A stretch of 43,106 bases of DNA from Candidatus Rokuibacteriota bacterium (GCA_044866005.1 JBIOTN010000012.1:1-43106); one strand, 5' to 3'. Counted from the first letter of the stretch, positions 30,457 through 39,692 are shown. Program-made: numbers and translations. The notes: generated by a model from the sequence alone, not told the origin.

Positions 30457-30595
30457 CGCCGGGTCATGCCGGCCTCGGCCGCTCGGCCTCGCCGCGGCTC
30501 GTCCGTGCTCCGCGGGCAGCCCGGGCTCGGGCCGGTCGCGGGTGGGGGCGCGTGGGGCAGTTCACTCGAATTCTCCCGCAGTTGCGCGTAGAGGC

Positions 30596-30624
30596 AAACT
30601 AGCATGCCGGGTGGGGAGTGTCAA
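30596..30624 (-). promoter_or_regulatory. Sigma70-type promoter for glnD
   Basis: Minus strand TTGACA, 17 bp, TAGTTT, with a TGn extension. Confidence 0.6.
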
Positions 30625-30661
30625 ACCGGCGGCCCGCGCGCCGGGGCGCCGGGCGCGGCGA

Positions 30662-30691
30662 TTGACGCGTCGCGCGGCCCCCCGTTATGAT
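30662..30691 (+). promoter_or_regulatory. Sigma70-type promoter for the NitT/TauT binding-protein gene
   Basis: TTGACG, 18 bp, TATGAT; divergent from the glnD promoter. Confidence 0.6.
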
Positions 30692-30775
30692 CCCAACCGC
30701 CCGCGGGCCTGGCCGGCCTGCCGTCCACGTCCCACGGTGCCGCAGCGCGGTGAGCTCGAGAAAGGAGTCAGCGCC

Positions 30776-31759
30776 ATGGTGACATCACGACGCCAGTTCT
30801 TCCGCGTGACGGCGGGCGGGCTCGTCGCCGCGACGGGCGTCGTCGGAGGCCCCCGGCCCGTCCCCGCGCAGGGGCCGACGGTCAAGATCGGGACGGCCGT
30901 CCTCGGGGACTACTCGCTCGTCTCGCCGATCGTGATCGCGCTCGAGAAGGGCTTCTTCCGCAACCAGGGCGTCAACGTCGAGTTCCAGCCGTTCCGCGGC
31001 GGCCCCGACCTCGTGAAGGCCGTGGTGGCCGACCAGATCCAGATCGGCGCGACGGGCAGCACCGACATCCCGGTCTTCCGCGCCGAGGGCGTCCCGGTCC
31101 GCTTCATCGCCACCAACGTGGACGGCAATCACTTCACCTTCAACGTGGCCCCCGGGATCGCCCGGCTCGCCGACCTCAAGGGCAAGTCGATCGGCGTCAC
31201 CCGGGTCGGCGCGACGACCTGGGTGTTCGCCGTCATGCTCGCCAAGCAGCAGGGATGGGACCCGGAGCGGGACGTGAAGGTCGTCGGCCTGGGCGGTCTG
31301 GACGCCCAGCTCGCCGCGCTCGCCCGCGGGGAGATTCACGCCTACGTGTGGGGCGACGGCGGCGCGGTCGCCGAGCTCCAGGGCAAGTCGAAGGTGCTCC
31401 TGCGACTGGACAGCGTCACGCCCAAGTGGATCAGCCAGTCCTCCTACGCGACCGACGAGTACATCAAGGGGCATAGAGACGCCATCGGCCGGGCCCTCCG
31501 CGGGTTCTTCCAGGCCGTGCGCTTCATGCGGGATTCCCCGAAGGAGGCGGCCGCCATCGCCGCGAAGACCCTCAAGTGGCCGGAGGAGGCGGTCGAGCGC
31601 GCGCATCAGATCTCGGGGCCGCTGCTCTCCAGGGACGGGACCATCAACGTCGAGGCCATCGACGTCATGCAGACGACGCTACTCGAGTACAAGGCCCAGA
31701 AGCAGCGGGTGCCCACTCAGGACCTCTACACGGCCGAGTTCACGCCCGTCCGGCTTTGA
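30776..31759 (+). CDS. NitT/TauT/SsuA-type ABC substrate-binding protein, Tat signal
   Basis: SRRQFF twin-arginine motif, EKGFF...G..VE, DLKGKSIGVT; AAGGAG RBS. Confidence 0.9.
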   Translation: MVTSRRQFFRVTAGGLVAATGVVGGPRPVPAQGPTVKIGTAVLGDYSLVSPIVIALEKGFFRNQGVNVEFQPFRGGPDLVKAVVADQIQIGATGSTDIPVFRAEGVPVRFIATNVDGNHFTFNVAPGIARLADLKGKSIGVTRVGATTWVFAVMLAKQQGWDPERDVKVVGLGGLDAQLAALARGEIHAYVWGDGGAVAELQGKSKVLLRLDSVTPKWISQSSYATDEYIKGHRDAIGRALRGFFQAVRFMRDSPKEAAAIAAKTLKWPEEAVERAHQISGPLLSRDGTINVEAIDVMQTTLLEYKAQKQRVPTQDLYTAEFTPVRL

Positions 31760-31761
31760 GC

Positions 31762-31790
31762 TCGGAGGGGGCCTCGACGGCCCCCTCCGA
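31762..31790. repeat. Repeat B single hairpin between convergent genes (possible bidirectional terminator)
   Basis: Perfect 12-bp stem TCGGAGGGGGCC-TCGAC-GGCCCCCTCCGA; exact reverse complement of 35647-35675. Confidence 0.8.
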
Positions 31791-31794
31791 AGCG

Positions 31795-32538
31795 TCAGCG
31801 CCAGTGTCCCAGTCGGCGGTTGAGCCCCTCCAGCGCCAGGACGATGCCGATCGACAGCAGGGAGACCAGGGCCGTCGCCGCGAACAGCTCCGCCGGTCGG
31901 AAGGCGTTGGCCAGCGTGGTCAGGAGAAAGCCCACCCCGCGGATCCCCCCGAACATCTCGACGACGAGCACCCCGAGCAGGCAGAAGACGATGCCGAGCC
32001 GCATCCCCGTGAGGACCGCGGGCAGCACGGCGGGCAGGACGACCTTCCGGTAGATCTGCCAGGAGCTCGCCCCCATCGAGCGCGCGACCACGATCGGCAT
32101 CGGGTCGACGTCGCGGACGCCCCCGATCACGAGGAGACAGACGGGAAAGATGCCCTGGAGGACCCCGTACACGACCGCCGGCGTCATCCCCAGGCCGAAG
32201 ACGAGCAGGATCCACGGCAGGACCAGGATCTTCGGGATCGCGTAGAGCGCGACCAGAAACGGGTTCAGCACCGCATAGAGGTGGCGGGCCGTCCCGATGA
32301 CGAGCCCCAGCCCGACGCCCAGCGTCACCGACAGCGCGTAGGCGATCAGCGTCTTCCCGACCGTCTCCCCGAGCAGGCGCGCCGCCTCCGGTCCGATCGC
32401 CACGACGGCCCGCGCCACCGCCCACGGCGCCGGGACGAAGAGCGGGTCCACCGCGTGAAGCCGCACGCCCGCCTCCCACGCGGCGACGAGGACCGCGAGC
32501 GAGGCGGCCTGCGCGAGCCGTCGCCCCGCGCGCGTCAC
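31795..32538 (-). CDS. NitT/TauT ABC permease
   Basis: YAIPK, ARSMGAS..QIYRKVVLP, EMFG...GVG. GTGA-coupled to the upstream gene. Confidence 0.9.
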   Translation of the reverse strand: MTRAGRRLAQAASLAVLVAAWEAGVRLHAVDPLFVPAPWAVARAVVAIGPEAARLLGETVGKTLIAYALSVTLGVGLGLVIGTARHLYAVLNPFLVALYAIPKILVLPWILLVFGLGMTPAVVYGVLQGIFPVCLLVIGGVRDVDPMPIVVARSMGASSWQIYRKVVLPAVLPAVLTGMRLGIVFCLLGVLVVEMFGGIRGVGFLLTTLANAFRPAELFAATALVSLLSIGIVLALEGLNRRLGHWR

Positions 32539-33284
32539 GGCGCGTGCCAGCGGCGGGCCCGCCGCTCGGCCAGCGCCGCCAGGCCGTCGATCACCGTCAC
32601 GAGGGCCAGCGCGAGGATCGCGAGCGCCGCGTACTCCGGCGTGCGCAGGAAGCCGTAGGCGTAGTTGATCAGGTAGCCCAGGCCGGCTCGCGCCCCCAGG
32701 ACCTCGCCGACGATCACCCCGACCACCGTGAGGGCGAGCCCCGCGCGGAGCCCGGCGAGCAGGGTGCCGGTCATCGAGGGCAGGATGACCTTGACGAAGC
32801 AGGCCCCGCCCCCGGCGCCGAGCGCGCGCGCGACGGTGAGGAGCTGGCGGTCCACGGACCGGATCCCGGCGAGCACGGCGAGGACGATGGGGAAGAAGCC
32901 GAGCAGGAAGCCGAACGCCACCTTGGAGGCCGGTCCGAGCCCGAAGAAGAGCATCAGCGAGGGGTACCAGACCACGCTCGGGATCGCGTAGAGGCCGGCG
33001 AGGATCGGCTCGTAGATCTCGCCGACGTGCCGCGGCAGCCCGAGGAGAAAGCCGAGCGCGAACCCCACGGAGACGGCGAGCGCGTAGGCGACCAGCACCT
33101 CGACGACGGTGAGCGCCAGGTGCTCGGGCAGGCTCGGGTACGCCTCGAGCCGCACGACCCGGACGAGCGCCGGCAGGACCCGGGACGGGGGGACGTAGAG
33201 GAGCGGGTTCTGCGTGCGCGCCCAGAGCTCCCAGGCCCCCAGCCCCAGGAGCAGCAGGCCCGCGCGCGCCGCCAGGATCCTCAC
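32535..33284 (-). CDS. NitT/TauT ABC permease
   Basis: YAIPS, FGLGPASK, ARALGA, GEVLGARAGLGYLI. Start assigned to GTG 33284. Confidence 0.88.
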   Translation of the reverse strand: MRILAARAGLLLLGLGAWELWARTQNPLLYVPPSRVLPALVRVVRLEAYPSLPEHLALTVVEVLVAYALAVSVGFALGFLLGLPRHVGEIYEPILAGLYAIPSVVWYPSLMLFFGLGPASKVAFGFLLGFFPIVLAVLAGIRSVDRQLLTVARALGAGGGACFVKVILPSMTGTLLAGLRAGLALTVVGVIVGEVLGARAGLGYLINYAYGFLRTPEYAALAILALALVTVIDGLAALAERRARRWHAP

Positions 33285-33328
33285 GGGCGTACCCCGCGCG
33301 ACGGACGTTCCGGCGGGGGTGGCATGGG

Positions 33329-33503
33329 GCCGGGCCGAGACCCGAGCAGGCCAAGGACGCAGGGGCGAGGCCGGCCGAGGCGTATGTCGCATACGTCGAG
33401 GCCGGCCGACGCCCCCAGAGGCCGGGACGGCCGCGAGGCCGCAGGCCGAGCGCGGCCCGGCCGTGAGGCAGGACGCCGGGATGCGACGGGGATCGGCCCC
33501 GGC
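33329..33503. mobile_element. Repeat A copy 3 (175 bp) inside the ABC operon
   Basis: Ends GCCGGGCCGA...TCGGCCCCGGC; central CGTATG-TCG-CATACG hairpin. Confidence 0.8.
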
Positions 33504-33507
33504 CCGC

Positions 33508-34326
33508 TCACGGCTGGGCCGCCATCGCGCGTCGGGACTCGTCCCGGATCTCCTCCCACAAGGCCGCGCGGAGCGCCGCCGCCGGCGCGCCGGTGAGGTC
33601 GCGCGGCCAGGGCAGGGAGACCTCGACGCTGGCCTTGATCCGGCCGGGGCGGGCGGTCATCACGACGACGCGCTGCGAGAGCAGGATCGCTTCCTGCAGG
33701 CTGTGGGTGACGAAGACCACCGTCTTCCGGGTCTCCGCCCAGATCCCGAGCAGCCACTCGCCCATGAGCAGCCGCGTCTGCTCGTCGAGGGCGCCGAAGG
33801 GCTCGTCCATCAGGAGGATCGGCGAGTCGAGCGCGAGCGCCCGGGCGATCGCCACGCGCTGCTTCATCCCGCCGGACAGCTCGCGCGGGAAGCGGCCCTC
33901 GAAGCCGCGCAGCCCCACGGGCTCGAGCAGCGTGCGCGCGACCTCCCGCCGCTGCCGGCGCGGCACGCCCTGGAGCTCGAGGCCGAACTCCACGTTCTCG
34001 AGCGCCGTCCGCCACGGAAACAGGCCCGGATCCTGGAAGACCATCGCCACCCTCCGGGGATCCGGACCGGTGCACGGCTTGCCCGCCAGCCGAACCTCGC
34101 CCGCGTCCGGCCTGACGAGCCCGCCGATGATCGACAGGAGGGTGGACTTGCCGCAGCCCGAGGGGCCGAGCACGGTGAGGAACTCCCGCGGCGCGACGCC
34201 GAGCGACACCCCGTCGAGCGCCGTGACGACGCCGTCACGCGTGCGCCACCGCTTGGCGAGGCCCCGAACCTCGATGTGCGGGGCCGACGAGGCGCCGGGC
34301 ATGGGCGACGCGACGGGATCGGGCAT
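33508..34326 (-). CDS. NitT/TauT ABC ATP-binding protein
   Basis: GPSGCGKST, VFQD..LFPW, LSGGMKQR, LLMDEPFGALD, VTH. Confidence 0.93.
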   Translation of the reverse strand: MPDPVASPMPGASSAPHIEVRGLAKRWRTRDGVVTALDGVSLGVAPREFLTVLGPSGCGKSTLLSIIGGLVRPDAGEVRLAGKPCTGPDPRRVAMVFQDPGLFPWRTALENVEFGLELQGVPRRQRREVARTLLEPVGLRGFEGRFPRELSGGMKQRVAIARALALDSPILLMDEPFGALDEQTRLLMGEWLLGIWAETRKTVVFVTHSLQEAILLSQRVVVMTARPGRIKASVEVSLPWPRDLTGAPAAALRAALWEEIRDESRRAMAAQP

Positions 34327-34356
34327 GGCAAGGATGGTAACGCAGGCGCGCGCGGC

Positions 34357-34385
34357 TTGACAGTGTTCGCCCCCGCCCGTAGACT
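34357..34385 (+). promoter_or_regulatory. Sigma70-type promoter for hisC (probably near-leaderless)
   Basis: TTGACA, 17 bp, TAGACT; 9 nt before the ATG, no SD. Confidence 0.7.
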
Positions 34386-34394
34386 CCGACCGCC

Positions 34395-35498
34395 ATGCCG
34401 CCGCGATGGCGCGCCGTGCTCGCTCGCCTCGATCCGTACGTCGCGCCGCCGGGGCTGGAACGACTCGAGGCGGAGCTGGGCGGGCCGGTGGCGCGGCTCT
34501 CCGCGAACGAGAACCCGCTTGGCCCCTCACCCCGCGCCGTGGACGCGATCCGCGCGGAGGCGCCGCGCGTCCACCTCTACCCGGACGGGCCGGCGACGGC
34601 CCTGCGCGAGGCGGTGGCCGACAGCCTCGGCATTGCCCCGGCGCAGCTCCTCTTCGGCAACGGCGGTGACGAGATCATCACGCTCGTGGCCCGCGCGCTG
34701 CTCGAGCCGGGCGACGAGGTCGTCGTCCCGGCCCCCGCCTTCGAGCCCTACACGACCGCGGCGCTGCTGGCCGGCGCCACCGTGGTCCCGAGCCCCCTCC
34801 GGGACTACCGGATCGACCTCGACGACATCCTGGCGCGCCTCACGGCGCGCACCAAGCTCGTCTTCCTCTCGAGCCCGCACAATCCGACCGGCATCGCGCT
34901 GCCGCGGCGGGCCTGGGACGATTTCGCCAAGCGCTGCCCCGAGGACGTGCTGATCCTGCTGGACGAGGCCTACGTCGACTTCCTGGAGGAGCCCGCCGCG
35001 ACCGCCGACGGGCTCGCCACCCTCGCCACGCGCGAGAGCCTCCTGCTGCTCCGGACCTTCTCGAAGATCACGGGCCTGGCCGGGCTCCGCGTGGGGTACG
35101 CGATCGCGGCGCCAGGCGTCATCGCCGCGCTGGAGCGCGTCCGCGAGCCCTTCAACGTCGGCCGGCTGGCCCAGGTCGGCGCCGCCGCCGCGATCGGCGA
35201 CCTGGCGCATCGCGAGGCGACGCGGCAGCTCGTCTGGACGCAGAAGCGCGCGCTCTACGCCGCGCTCCGCGCGCGCGGGCTGCCCTTCGTGCCGACGGAC
35301 GCGAACTTTCTCGTGGTGCGGCTTCCCGGGGAGTCCGGCCCCGTGGTCGCCGCGCTGCGGGCCCGCCGGATCCTCGTCCGCGATGGCGCCTCGGTCGGCC
35401 TGCCGCGCCACCTCCGGATCAGCGTCGGGACCGCCGCGCAGAACCAGCGGATGCTGGCCGCCCTCGACGCCGCCCTCGCCGCCCCGCCGCCCGGCTGA
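34395..35498 (+). CDS. hisC: Histidinol-phosphate aminotransferase
   Basis: LSANENPLGPSP, YPD, GNGGDE, PHNPTG, DEAY, RTFSKITGLAGLRVGY. Confidence 0.9.
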   Translation: MPPRWRAVLARLDPYVAPPGLERLEAELGGPVARLSANENPLGPSPRAVDAIRAEAPRVHLYPDGPATALREAVADSLGIAPAQLLFGNGGDEIITLVARALLEPGDEVVVPAPAFEPYTTAALLAGATVVPSPLRDYRIDLDDILARLTARTKLVFLSSPHNPTGIALPRRAWDDFAKRCPEDVLILLDEAYVDFLEEPAATADGLATLATRESLLLLRTFSKITGLAGLRVGYAIAAPGVIAALERVREPFNVGRLAQVGAAAAIGDLAHREATRQLVWTQKRALYAALRARGLPFVPTDANFLVVRLPGESGPVVAALRARRILVRDGASVGLPRHLRISVGTAAQNQRMLAALDAALAAPPPG

Positions 35499-35602
35499 TC
35501 CGAGCCTCGCGGCGGGCTGGCACCGAACGTCCGACCGAGGGCGAGGCGGGTCCGATCCGGGTAAGCGACGTGTTACGACGTCGGCGCGTTGGTAGCGTGC
35601 GT

Positions 35603-35675
35603 CCGAGCGGCGGCTTCTCGCCGCCGCAACCGATCCGGGGGAGGCATCGGAGGGGGCCGTCGAGGCCCCCTCCGA
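35603..35675. repeat. Repeat B copy between convergent genes
   Basis: GCGGCGGC-TTCTC-GCCGCCGC, then TCGGAGGGGGCC-GTCGA-GGCCCCCTCCGA. Confidence 0.85.
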
Positions 35676-35679
35676 ATGA

Positions 35680-36138
35680 TCAGCGGACTGGCTTCTTCGG
35701 CGCGACGACCGGCGTGGCGCGCTCGCGCGTCCGGTCCCGCGCGGCGGCCGCCGCGCGCTCCCGGTCCGCCGCGGCGCGGCTGGCGGCGGCCGCTCGCTCC
35801 TGAGCCGCCTTCTCCAGCGCGGCCACGCGCTCGGCGAGCGTGGCGCGCTCGGCGGTCACGGCGGCGAGCCGCTTCTGGAGCGTGGCGAGCTCACGCTGGC
35901 TCTCTTCGGCGCGCAGGCGCAGCGTCTCGGCGTCGGCGCGAAGCGCGGCGGCCTGGAAGGCGAGGCCCTGCTCCCGGCCCGCGGTCTGGTGCCACTGGTA
36001 GCCGACGAAGATGACCGCCAGGGCGAGCACCACGCTCACGATCGCGGCCCACGACCGGCGGCGCGGCTCCTCTTCGTACAGCTCGTCGAGCTCTTCCTCG
36101 GGAGTCTGCACCTTCAGCTCTTCCTGGATCGTCGCCAT
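35680..36138 (-). CDS. Hypothetical single-TM coiled-coil protein
   Basis: Acidic N-terminus, one TM helix, heptad-rich C-terminus; GGAGGAGG RBS. Confidence 0.75.
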   Translation of the reverse strand: MATIQEELKVQTPEEELDELYEEEPRRRSWAAIVSVVLALAVIFVGYQWHQTAGREQGLAFQAAALRADAETLRLRAEESQRELATLQKRLAAVTAERATLAERVAALEKAAQERAAAASRAAADRERAAAAARDRTRERATPVVAPKKPVR

Positions 36139-36242
36139 GCGCACCTCCTCCCGCGCCGATTCTAGTCCGCGCCCCCGACCCGTCCCAAAGAAATTCGGTC
36201 TTCTTGGCGCCGTTCCACCGCGTGCGGTATCATGGCCTCGCG

Positions 36243-36797
36243 ATGCCGGAGCCGGCTGTCGCGCCCAGCCTGAAACGATTCTTCGACCGTCCCGTGCGGC
36301 GAAGCCTGGCGGACCTGTGGATGGGCGGCGAGCCCGTCGCCGAGTACCTCGCCGCGCTCCTCGCGCGCTTCGCCCGAACCGACCAGCTGTACGCCGTGCG
36401 CGGCGTCGCGGGCCGGCGGCTCGACACCGTCGTCGAGATGCTGCTCGAGGTGCAGCGCGCCTGGGCGTTCGACGCGGCCGACTTCGACCCGCTCCGCGAG
36501 CGCGAGCTCCGGCAGCACATCGGCGACTTCGCCCTCTTCATGACGGGCATCTTCCCGGAGCACGTCGAGCGCCGCGGCAGCACCAGCCTCTACCTCCGCG
36601 AGGGCAAGCGCGCCTACCGGGTGGTCGCCGACTTTCAGCGGTCGGCGCTCAAGCCGGACGCGCGGCTGTTCGCGGCGCTCTCGAAGGAGTTCGAGGGCTA
36701 CGTCACCGCGCTCCGGTACATGAAGCGCGTCTACCTGCGTCCGGCCGACTCGCCCGGCGCGCTTCAGCCGGTCCTCCGCCTCCTCACCGAATGGTAG
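36243..36797 (+). CDS. Hypothetical all-alpha protein
   Basis: Globular composition; YLAALL..F and IGDFALFMTGIFPE...Y...G..AY pattern. Confidence 0.8.
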   Translation: MPEPAVAPSLKRFFDRPVRRSLADLWMGGEPVAEYLAALLARFARTDQLYAVRGVAGRRLDTVVEMLLEVQRAWAFDAADFDPLRERELRQHIGDFALFMTGIFPEHVERRGSTSLYLREGKRAYRVVADFQRSALKPDARLFAALSKEFEGYVTALRYMKRVYLRPADSPGALQPVLRLLTEW

Positions 36798-36854
36798 CGG
36801 CGTGCCCGTGATCCGCGTGGGCCGGGCGGCGCGCGTCCCGGCCCGGCCCGCCAC

Positions 36855-38069
36855 GTGGTAGCGGCGGCCCTCGACGCGCTGGTCGGCACGGAGGCCGGCG
36901 CGGGCGCGGTGGCCGCGGCGCTCGCCACGATCCCGGCGGGCGAGGTGTCGAACGCCCTCCGGCTCCTCACGAAGACCCACGGCGCGGCCGCCCTTCCCGT
37001 GCTCCGGCAGTGTCTCCGTGCCCGACCCGAGTGGGCGGAGGCGGCCGCCGCGGCGCTCGCGACCTTGCCCACGCACGAGGCCGCGGCGGCCCTCGCCGCG
37101 ACCGAGGCCACCGCACCGACCAAGGCCGTGCGAACCGCGGTGCGCCGCGCCCTCTACCGGTTGAGGCAGGCGGGGATCACGCCCCCCGCCGCCCCGAGGC
37201 CGCAGCCGGTCCCCGCCGGCCCGACGCCGCGCGAGGCCTGGGCCTCGGCGATCGACGGGACCGGCTCGCGGGCGTGCTGGCTCGCCCTGGAGGGGCCGCT
37301 CGGCGAGCAGACGCTCCTCGCCGCGATCCTGAACGACGTGGCAGGCGTCCTCGACTTCACGGGCGGGCCGATCGCGAAGAAGCGCCTCGCCGAGCGCCTC
37401 CGCGCCGTCCAGGCGGAGAGCCCGCTGCCCTGGGTCGCGGTGCCCGCGGCCTGGGCTCTCCACCTTTTCCGCGAAGCAAGCCGCCGACACCAGGTCGCGG
37501 GCACGGCGGCGCCGGGCGAGCTCGCCCGCTGGCTCGCCGCGCTCGGCGAGCCGGCGGCGGCGCCCGAGCCGCCCGTCTATGCCCGCCTCGATGTCGCGAG
37601 CCTCGCCGCCGACCCGACGCCGCTCGAGCAGTCGGCCGAGCTCCTGGCCCTCCCCGAGCTGGCGGGCTGGTTCCTCGACCCGGCCACGGTCCAGACCGAG
37701 GCCCTCGAGCTCCTCCAGGCCAAGGAGAGCCGGCTCGTCGTGAGCGACCAGATCAAGGCCGAGCGGCACGCCGCGGTGATCGACCGGGTGATCGACGGCC
37801 AGCTCGAGCCCGCGGCCCGGGGGCTCTGGCAACGCCGGCTCGAAGAAGAGGCCTTCGTGCTCCTGGAGACCGGCCGGCCCGTCGAGGCGCGGCGAGCGCT
37901 CGCCGTGGCGCACGCCCTCGCCGACCCGGCGCGCCCGGCGCGGCATCTCCCCTTCGTCCGCGCGCTCGTGGAGCGAAGCCTCGAGGTGGCGGGCGAGGTC
38001 GCGCTGGGCCGAGTCCCCGCCGACACGGCGAGCCGCGCCCCCCAGCCCCGGCACGCCGCCAGCCGGTAG
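36855..38069 (+). CDS. Hypothetical protein with HEAT-like N-terminus
   Basis: Helical Ala-rich repeats, VRRALYRLRQAGI, SAIDGTGSR. Start uncertain. Confidence 0.7.
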   Translation: MVAAALDALVGTEAGAGAVAAALATIPAGEVSNALRLLTKTHGAAALPVLRQCLRARPEWAEAAAAALATLPTHEAAAALAATEATAPTKAVRTAVRRALYRLRQAGITPPAAPRPQPVPAGPTPREAWASAIDGTGSRACWLALEGPLGEQTLLAAILNDVAGVLDFTGGPIAKKRLAERLRAVQAESPLPWVAVPAAWALHLFREASRRHQVAGTAAPGELARWLAALGEPAAAPEPPVYARLDVASLAADPTPLEQSAELLALPELAGWFLDPATVQTEALELLQAKESRLVVSDQIKAERHAAVIDRVIDGQLEPAARGLWQRRLEEEAFVLLETGRPVEARRALAVAHALADPARPARHLPFVRALVERSLEVAGEVALGRVPADTASRAPQPRHAASR

Positions 38070-38095
38070 GCGCCGCCGGCCCCGCCCGCGCCTCC

Positions 38096-39058
38096 GTGGT
38101 CCACGGCCTCACCGACGTCCCCGGCGTCCTGGTCGGCCACGCCTCCGACCCCGCGAGGGTGACGGGCTGCACGGCGATCCTCTGCCCCGAGGGCGCGGTC
38201 GCCGGCGTCGAGGTCCGCGGCTGGGCGACCGGGCTCCTCGGCCTCGACCTCCTGGACCCGCGCCACCTCGCCGAGCGGATCCACGGCGTCGTGCTCGCCG
38301 GGGGGAGCGCGTTCGGCCTCGAGGCCGTCTTCGGCGCGATGGCCCACCTGGAGGCGAACGGGATCGGCTTCCCGACGCCCCGCGGCGTGGTGCCGCTCGT
38401 GGCGGGGGCGATCCTCTACGATCTGGCCGTCGGCGAGGCGCGCGTGCGCCCCGACCGTGCGATGGGCGCGCGCGCGGCCGCGGCCGCCACCCGCGAGGCG
38501 GTGGCGGAGGGGTCGGTCGGCGCAGGGACCGGCGCGACCGTGGGGAAGCTCTTCGGGATCGCGCGCGCCATGAAGGGGGGCGTCGGCACGGCGAGCCGGC
38601 AGGTGGGCGCGGCGACGGTCGGCGTCCTCGTCGCGGTCAACGCCTTCGGCGACGTCCGCGACCCTGCGACCGGCGCGCTCCTCGCCGGCGCGCGCGACAG
38701 CCCCGCCGGCCGCCGGCTCGTGGACGCGGCCGCCCTGCTGCGCGGCGGGACGATCACGCCGTCGTTCGGCGGCGCCCACACCACGATCGGCGTCGTCGCC
38801 ACGAACGCCCGGCTGACGAAGGCCGAGGCCGCGCGGCTCGCCGCCCTGGCGCACGTGGGGCTCGCCACCGTGCTCTCCCCGCCGCACACGACCGTGGACG
38901 GCGACACGCTTTTCTGTCTGGCGACGGGCGCCGCGACGGCGCCGCTCGACGCCCTCGGCCTCGCGGCCGCCGACTGCGTGGCGGAAGCCGTCCCGCGGGC
39001 CGTGCGCGCGGCAACCTCCCTGGGCCAGATCCCGGCCTGGCGGGATCTGGCCTCCTGA
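38096..39058 (+). CDS. P1/S58 (DmpA-like) peptidase
   Basis: LTDVPGVLVGH, TGCT, GGSAFGL, GSVGAGTGA, VNAFGDV, HTTIGVVATNA, DGDTLF. Confidence 0.9.
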   Translation: MVHGLTDVPGVLVGHASDPARVTGCTAILCPEGAVAGVEVRGWATGLLGLDLLDPRHLAERIHGVVLAGGSAFGLEAVFGAMAHLEANGIGFPTPRGVVPLVAGAILYDLAVGEARVRPDRAMGARAAAAATREAVAEGSVGAGTGATVGKLFGIARAMKGGVGTASRQVGAATVGVLVAVNAFGDVRDPATGALLAGARDSPAGRRLVDAAALLRGGTITPSFGGAHTTIGVVATNARLTKAEAARLAALAHVGLATVLSPPHTTVDGDTLFCLATGAATAPLDALGLAAADCVAEAVPRAVRAATSLGQIPAWRDLAS

Positions 39059-39105
39059 TCCCGGACCCCTGGAGTCCAGCCGCCGGCAGCCGGAAGGAGT
39101 GTTTC

Positions 39106-39660
39106 ATGCCGCTCTACAGCTTCGAGGGCCGGCGTCCGCGCGTCCACGCGGAGGCCTTCATCGCGGAGACCGCGACGCTCATCGGGGACGTCACCGTGGA
39201 GGCCGGCGCCTCCGTCTGGTACGGCGCCGTCCTCCGCGCGGACTTCTCGCCGATCGTCGTCCGGGCGGGGGCCAACGTGCAGGACGGCGCGGTCGTCCAC
39301 ACGACGCCCGCGGGTCCGGTCGAGATCGGCCCCGGGGCCACGGTGGCGCATGCCTGCGTGCTCCACGCGGCGACGCTCGAGGAAGAGTGCCTCGTCGGGA
39401 ACGCCGCCGTCGTGCTCGACGGCGCGCGGATCGGCCGGCGGAGCCTGGTCGCGGCGGGCGCCGTCGTGCCGGCGGGCATGACGGTGCCGGAAGGCGTCCT
39501 CGTCGCGGGCGTCCCGGCCCAGGTCAAGCGGCCGCTCGCCGGCACCCCGGGCGAACGGTGGGTCCAGGTGAATCCCGAAGCGTACCGGGCGCTCGCCCAG
39601 CGCCACCGGCGCGGCGTGGCCCCGGTCGGCGACGTGACGGGCCCCGGCCGAGCCGACTAG
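39106..39660 (+). CDS. Gamma carbonic anhydrase family (YrdA-like) protein
   Basis: IGDV, SVWYGAVLRAD, NVQDGAVVH, VAHACVLH; hexapeptide repeats; AGGAG RBS. Confidence 0.92.
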   Translation: MPLYSFEGRRPRVHAEAFIAETATLIGDVTVEAGASVWYGAVLRADFSPIVVRAGANVQDGAVVHTTPAGPVEIGPGATVAHACVLHAATLEEECLVGNAAVVLDGARIGRRSLVAAGAVVPAGMTVPEGVLVAGVPAQVKRPLAGTPGERWVQVNPEAYRALAQRHRRGVAPVGDVTGPGRAD

Positions 39661-39692
39661 AGGAGCCCGACCCCGTTTGGTAGAGTAACGGC

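Noticed and set aside
30465..30545. CTCGGCCTCGCCGC-type motif in the glnD leader, also near 24989
   Set aside because: Short GC-rich match with one copy inside a CDS; insufficient to call a third repeat family or a riboswitch.
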